This document shows, one piece after another, positions 59,965-64,000 of a stretch of DNA of 64,000 nt. Position 1 is the stretch's first letter, and every line of letters begins with the position of its first letter. Made by a program: the position numbers and the translations under genes. Under the pieces are notes generated by a model that was not told where the DNA came from, did no database searches, and saw nothing but the letters and a program-made list of their open reading frames with translations. Source of the stretch: an uncultured delta proteobacterium. Lineage in GTDB: Bacteria; Myxococcota_A; Polyangia; Polyangiales; Polyangiaceae. The stretch is taken from assembly GCA_963696385.1 (NCBI GenBank), contig CAVOKF010000007.1:96001-160000 (forward strand), read 5' to 3'.

Positions 59965-61848
59965 ATGCCCAAGTCGCCAGCGCAAAGAAGCCGACCGCCG
60001 AGCATTCGCCCGCTTCGGGCGTACGCCTTCGACCCCAGTCAGGGACGGCTGCTCGGCAACGAGATGTCAATCGAAATACGCGACCATCCGTTGCAGCCAG
60101 GGCCCATCATGGTGGCCGAGGGCGAGCACGACCGAATCGCGGTCATCGATTACGACGGGACGACCGACGCGTATTACACCCCCGTCGACCTCGACGATCC
60201 CAACGTCCTGATGCAGGGAGGTTTGCCTCCTTCCGAGTCGAATCCCCACTTTCACCAACAGATGGTCTTCGCCGTGGCGCGAGAGACCATCGAGCATTTC
60301 GAAGCCGCTCTGGGCCGTCGCATCCACTGGCGACGCGCCGAACGCGGGCCGAACAGTCCGAGTGGCTGGCTCCAGGACGACATCGTGACCTTGCAGCTCT
60401 TTCCGCACGCGATGCGAGCCGCGAACGCCTTCTACAGTCCCGAGGCGCACGGCATCCTCTTCGGGTATTTCAGCGCGGATCCGAACCAGCCCGGCCGCAA
60501 CATTCCGGGGCAGCCTGTCTTCACCTGCCTCTCGCACGACATCGTGGCGCACGAGACGACCCACGCCATCATCGACGGGATCCGCGGGTACTTCATCGAA
60601 CAGACGAACGTCGACGTCCCGGCGTTCCACGAAGCGTTCGCGGACCTGACGGCGCTCTTTCGTCACTTCGCCCACAAGGAAGTGCTGCTCGACACCATCC
60701 AGCGCACCGGCGGACGGCTTTACCCGTATCAGCTCAAGCCGGACGCGATGACCGACGCCATGGACGCGCCGCCGCGCACCGTGGGCGGCGCCGCGACGGG
60801 TCCCGTGGAGCCGCTTTTCTCGGGCCAAGTGGCGGGGCCCAATCCGCTCGTCGAGCTGGCGCTTCAATTCGGGCAAGCATCCGGCTTACGCAGTGGCCTG
60901 CGATCGGCATTGGGCACCCCCCCCAACCCTGATCCCATCAAGCGCCTGACGGAACCCCATGCGCGGGGATCCATCCTCGTGGCGGCCGTCTTTGACGCCT
61001 TCTTCACCACCTACGTGAAGCGGACCTCCGATCTGTTTCGGATCTATCGGGCCGGCGGGGGCAGCGCCGATCCGGTGGAGCTGCCGGTGCCGCTCGCCGA
61101 GCAGCTTGGCCGTGCCGCCGTAGCGACCGCCGACGAATTCTTTCAGCGGTGCGTGCGAGCGCTCGACTACTGCCCCCCGGTCGACGTCACGTTCGGCGAC
61201 TTCTTGCGCGCGCTCATCACGGCCGACATCGACTCGGGATCCAGCGACGAGGAAGGCATTCGGGACACGATCATGCAGGCGTTTCGCATGCGAGGGATTC
61301 TGCCCGACGGGGCGCGCTTCTTCTCGGAGGGGGCGCTCTGTTGGCCGACCGGCGAGTCGTGCCACTTGCCGGACGTGGACCACGTGCAATTCGGCGATCC
61401 GAACGCCTTCACGAGAATCCACCAGGACGCCACGGGCGAGGCGTTGCGCAACTACGCCAAGCGGCCCGACGTGCGCAGCAAGCTCGGTTTTGCGGCGAAG
61501 CCGGACGTCGTCGTCCCGTCCTTTCATCCGGTCTCGCGCGCCCAGCAAGACGGAAGCGTTCGGACCGACATGGTCGTTGAGCTCGTGCAGACCCGCGAGG
61601 AACCACTCGGTGACGGCCGGTCGTTTTCGTTCCGATCGGGCTACACGCTGATTCTGACCAACGCTCGGACGACCCAAGACGTGGGCCGGGCGTTCGTCCG
61701 ATACGCCATCGGCAAACGAGGCGACGGCGAGGAAGGATCTCGGCGGGTCGATCGTCAGAAGGCCTACGCCGATCGCATGGGGCTGCTCGACAGCGGGGCC
61801 AAGAGTCCGTTTCGGATCGACTTTGGGCTCGTGCACGGAGGCTTTTGA
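59965..61848 (+). CDS. Cytoplasmic gluzincin metallopeptidase (M4/M36-like)
   Basis: GAGAGG RBS, NAFYS, HDIVAHETTHA (HExxH), FHEAFAD (ExxxD), EPHARG. No signal peptide. Confidence 0.88.
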   Translation: MPKSPAQRSRPPSIRPLRAYAFDPSQGRLLGNEMSIEIRDHPLQPGPIMVAEGEHDRIAVIDYDGTTDAYYTPVDLDDPNVLMQGGLPPSESNPHFHQQMVFAVARETIEHFEAALGRRIHWRRAERGPNSPSGWLQDDIVTLQLFPHAMRAANAFYSPEAHGILFGYFSADPNQPGRNIPGQPVFTCLSHDIVAHETTHAIIDGIRGYFIEQTNVDVPAFHEAFADLTALFRHFAHKEVLLDTIQRTGGRLYPYQLKPDAMTDAMDAPPRTVGGAATGPVEPLFSGQVAGPNPLVELALQFGQASGLRSGLRSALGTPPNPDPIKRLTEPHARGSILVAAVFDAFFTTYVKRTSDLFRIYRAGGGSADPVELPVPLAEQLGRAAVATADEFFQRCVRALDYCPPVDVTFGDFLRALITADIDSGSSDEEGIRDTIMQAFRMRGILPDGARFFSEGALCWPTGESCHLPDVDHVQFGDPNAFTRIHQDATGEALRNYAKRPDVRSKLGFAAKPDVVVPSFHPVSRAQQDGSVRTDMVVELVQTREEPLGDGRSFSFRSGYTLILTNARTTQDVGRAFVRYAIGKRGDGEEGSRRVDRQKAYADRMGLLDSGAKSPFRIDFGLVHGGF

Positions 61849-63359
61849 CCGTGGTGGCAAAGAATGCCACAAAAAAGTCCACGAGGACCGCTCGCGCCGC
61901 TGCGCCCTCGCACAGTACAACGGCCAAGCGACCGGACTCCGGGTCGGGCTTGGTCGGGCTACGCGTGCGCATGTACCGTGTCGGGTTCGGGGATTTTTTC
62001 TTGCTCTCGGTTCCTGTCGCCGGCGGCAAGGAGCACATCCTCATCGACTGCGGCGTCTTCAAGGGTACGAGCGGCGAGGGCGACATCGGCACGATCCGGG
62101 GCGCCGTCGACAACCTCGTCGAAGAGACCGGAGGCCGCCTCGCGCTCGTCGTCATGACGCACCGGCACGCCGACCACATCATCGGGTTCAGCCGGTGCAA
62201 AGAGCAATTTCAGAAGATGACCGTCGGGGCCGTCTGGATGCCCATCTGGGAGAAAGAGTACGACGAGAAAGCGGCCAAGACGAAAGCGTCGAAGTTCCAG
62301 GGGGATCTCACGACCATCGCCTCCAGGATGCAGGCCAAGCTCACGGGCATGGCCCCCGCCGCCGGGCAGGAAGAAGCGCACGAGCAGACCCTTGGCATGC
62401 TGCTGAACGCGACCGGGCCGCTCGCGGCGGCCGGCGGCGGCACGAACGCCGCCTCCCTCGACCTCTTGAAACGAGGCTTCGGCGTGACCCCGGAATACTA
62501 CGCGGCCGACGACAAGCCCACCGTGCCGGCCGTCCTGGCGCGCGCGGGACTGAGCGCGCGGATCCTCGGGCCGCCGCCGGTCGACGACATCGCGTTGATG
62601 AAGCTGATGGACCTCACCAAGGGAGTCGGCCAGTACCTCGATGGGTTGGACGACAGCGAGGCAAGCGAGCCTGCCTTCGCCCCGTTCGGCAAGGAATGCC
62701 AAGTCGACCGGGCGGACTACCCCTCGATCGCGTTCGACGAGTGGGGCGCGCGCGCCGACGTCAGCGGGCGCGCCGACCGGGCCAAGCCACCCGCCGATCG
62801 CATGCGCCAGGCCATCGAGGATGCGCAGCCGACTTCGCTCTTCGAGGCCGCCAAGACGCTCGATTCATTCCTCAACAATCAGAGCCTGGTCATCCTCTTC
62901 ACGTTTCAAGGAAAGAAGCTGCTCTTCGTCGGCGACGCGCAGGCGGGCAACTGGGAGCACTGGCTCTACGGCGACGGCGCTCCCGACAAGTCGGCATCGG
63001 CGCCGATCTCCGAGGACGGGCAATCGATCCTGAAGACACTCGACTTCTACAAAGTGGGCCACCACGGCAGCACCAACGCGACGCCCAAAGCCGTCGTGGC
63101 GACGATGCGCCCCGGCATCGTCGCAATGTGCTCCACCCAACCCGGGGTGTACGGCAGCGAAAAGACTGGCACCGAGGTCCCGCGTATTCCGCTCGTCGAG
63201 GCGCTCGAAGCCCGAGTGACGCTCGTGCGAAGCGACCAGATCGCCGCGCACGCCAACGGCGCGAGTGTCGAACCGTCCAAAGGGTCGCCGGCGTCGCTCC
63301 CCCATGCGCACGAGGGCCAACTCGCCTCGGGCGACGGTTGGGTGGACTACGATCTGTGA
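61845..63359 (+). CDS. MBL-fold metallo-hydrolase (ComEC/Rec2-like)
   Basis: VGFGDFFLL, LIDCG, THRHADH (HxHxDH), NNQSLV, FVGDAQ, KVGHHGSTNAT. TTGA overlap with the peptidase stop. Confidence 0.9.
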   Translation: MTVVAKNATKKSTRTARAAAPSHSTTAKRPDSGSGLVGLRVRMYRVGFGDFFLLSVPVAGGKEHILIDCGVFKGTSGEGDIGTIRGAVDNLVEETGGRLALVVMTHRHADHIIGFSRCKEQFQKMTVGAVWMPIWEKEYDEKAAKTKASKFQGDLTTIASRMQAKLTGMAPAAGQEEAHEQTLGMLLNATGPLAAAGGGTNAASLDLLKRGFGVTPEYYAADDKPTVPAVLARAGLSARILGPPPVDDIALMKLMDLTKGVGQYLDGLDDSEASEPAFAPFGKECQVDRADYPSIAFDEWGARADVSGRADRAKPPADRMRQAIEDAQPTSLFEAAKTLDSFLNNQSLVILFTFQGKKLLFVGDAQAGNWEHWLYGDGAPDKSASAPISEDGQSILKTLDFYKVGHHGSTNATPKAVVATMRPGIVAMCSTQPGVYGSEKTGTEVPRIPLVEALEARVTLVRSDQIAAHANGASVEPSKGSPASLPHAHEGQLASGDGWVDYDL

Positions 63360-63447
63360 TGTTTGCGGTCCACGACTCGTGTCCGCCGGGGGTCGCCGGG
63401 CGCGTTCGCGCGAGGGCCCTAACCCCCACGAGAAGAGAGGCCGCCCC

Positions 63448-64000
63448 TTGACCTTTGCAGTCGGACTCGCCTTGTCGGGCGGAGGCTCGCGCGCGATCGC
63501 ATTTCACCGAGGAACCGTCCGGGCGCTTGGCGCCCTCGGGCTAATCGAAGCCGTCGACGTCGTTTCGACCGTCTCGGGCGGGTCCGTCTTTGGGGCAGGG
63601 TGGATGTCGGCCATCGCCGACGGGAAGGCGACAGCCGACTTTCTGGACGACCTGCTGCCCGTGATCGAGCGCGGCTTCGTAGTTCCCGCGATTTGTTCGC
63701 TCCGGTTTCTCCCTGTGATTCTCGGTCTGCGAAGTCGAACCCAACGGCTCGCGCAGGTGTTCGACGAGATCCTGACCCGAGGCAAAAAGCTCGGAGAGCT
63801 CCCTGCGCGGCCGCTGCTCTGCCTCAACACGACCGTGCTCAATCATGGACAGGTGGGGCGCTTCTCTCGCGAGGGCTTCTCCTGCCTCGATCTCGGCCAC
63901 CGCGACGGCCAGGGCGGCTACCCCCAAGTAGCGGTCCCCGTGACTCTCGGCTTCGCCGCCGCCGCCTCAGCCGCTTTTCCGTTTGGACTTCCGCCCGTCT
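63448..64000 (+). CDS. Patatin-like phospholipase (partial, runs off window end)
   Basis: Manual translation from TTG behind AGAGAGG: MTFAVGLALSGGGSRAIAFHRG...STVSGGS...LNTT...AAASAAFP. Confidence 0.9.
   Translation, partial: MTFAVGLALSGGGSRAIAFHRGTVRALGALGLIEAVDVVSTVSGGSVFGAGWMSAIADGKATADFLDDLLPVIERGFVVPAICSLRFLPVILGLRSRTQRLAQVFDEILTRGKKLGELPARPLLCLNTTVLNHGQVGRFSREGFSCLDLGHRDGQGGYPQVAVPVTLGFAAAASAAFPFGLPPV

Noticed and set aside
61823..63451. 542-aa overlapping ORF
   Set aside because: Off-frame shadow of the MBL hydrolase gene.
1..64000. rRNA, tRNA or prophage structural genes
   Set aside because: None recognised by eye. A tRNAscan-SE/Infernal run would be needed to exclude small RNAs.

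Overview
High-GC accessory region, most likely from a Myxococcota (Polyangiaceae/Sorangiineae-like) genome. This is inferred from many short Cys-rich lipoproteins with acidic DA(G/S/T) linkers, a CPxCARH...CPFC protein and an RCC1-repeat gene. I found no rRNA, tRNA or CRISPR array. Mobile DNA: an intact IS3-family element (889-2329, 3-bp GTG target duplication) splitting a lipoprotein gene, three rve-integrase elements, and remnants resembling IS1, IS21 and IS1634. Other contents: a DUF1778/GNAT toxin-antitoxin pair with a palindromic operator, a solo AbiEii-like nucleotidyltransferase, a GH43-like/CE12 lipoprotein pair, YeeE/YedE plus OprO/P porin genes, an AAC(3)-I-like acetyltransferase, a hybrid PAS kinase and many orphan gene fragments. 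Two candidate undescribed systems stand out. (1) The 53-64 kb island: a gluzincin (M4-like) peptidase, a ComEC-type MBL hydrolase and a patatin gene on the plus strand, divergent from a duplicated-hairpin membrane protein and a 1269-aa Cache-domain receptor with no recognisable signalling output. (2) Two paralogous LysM/PG-binding-like genes, each next to a different toxin-like ORF and a candidate immunity gene. Several single-base homopolymer frameshifts look like sequencing errors. All family calls come from motif recognition by eye, not from database searches.
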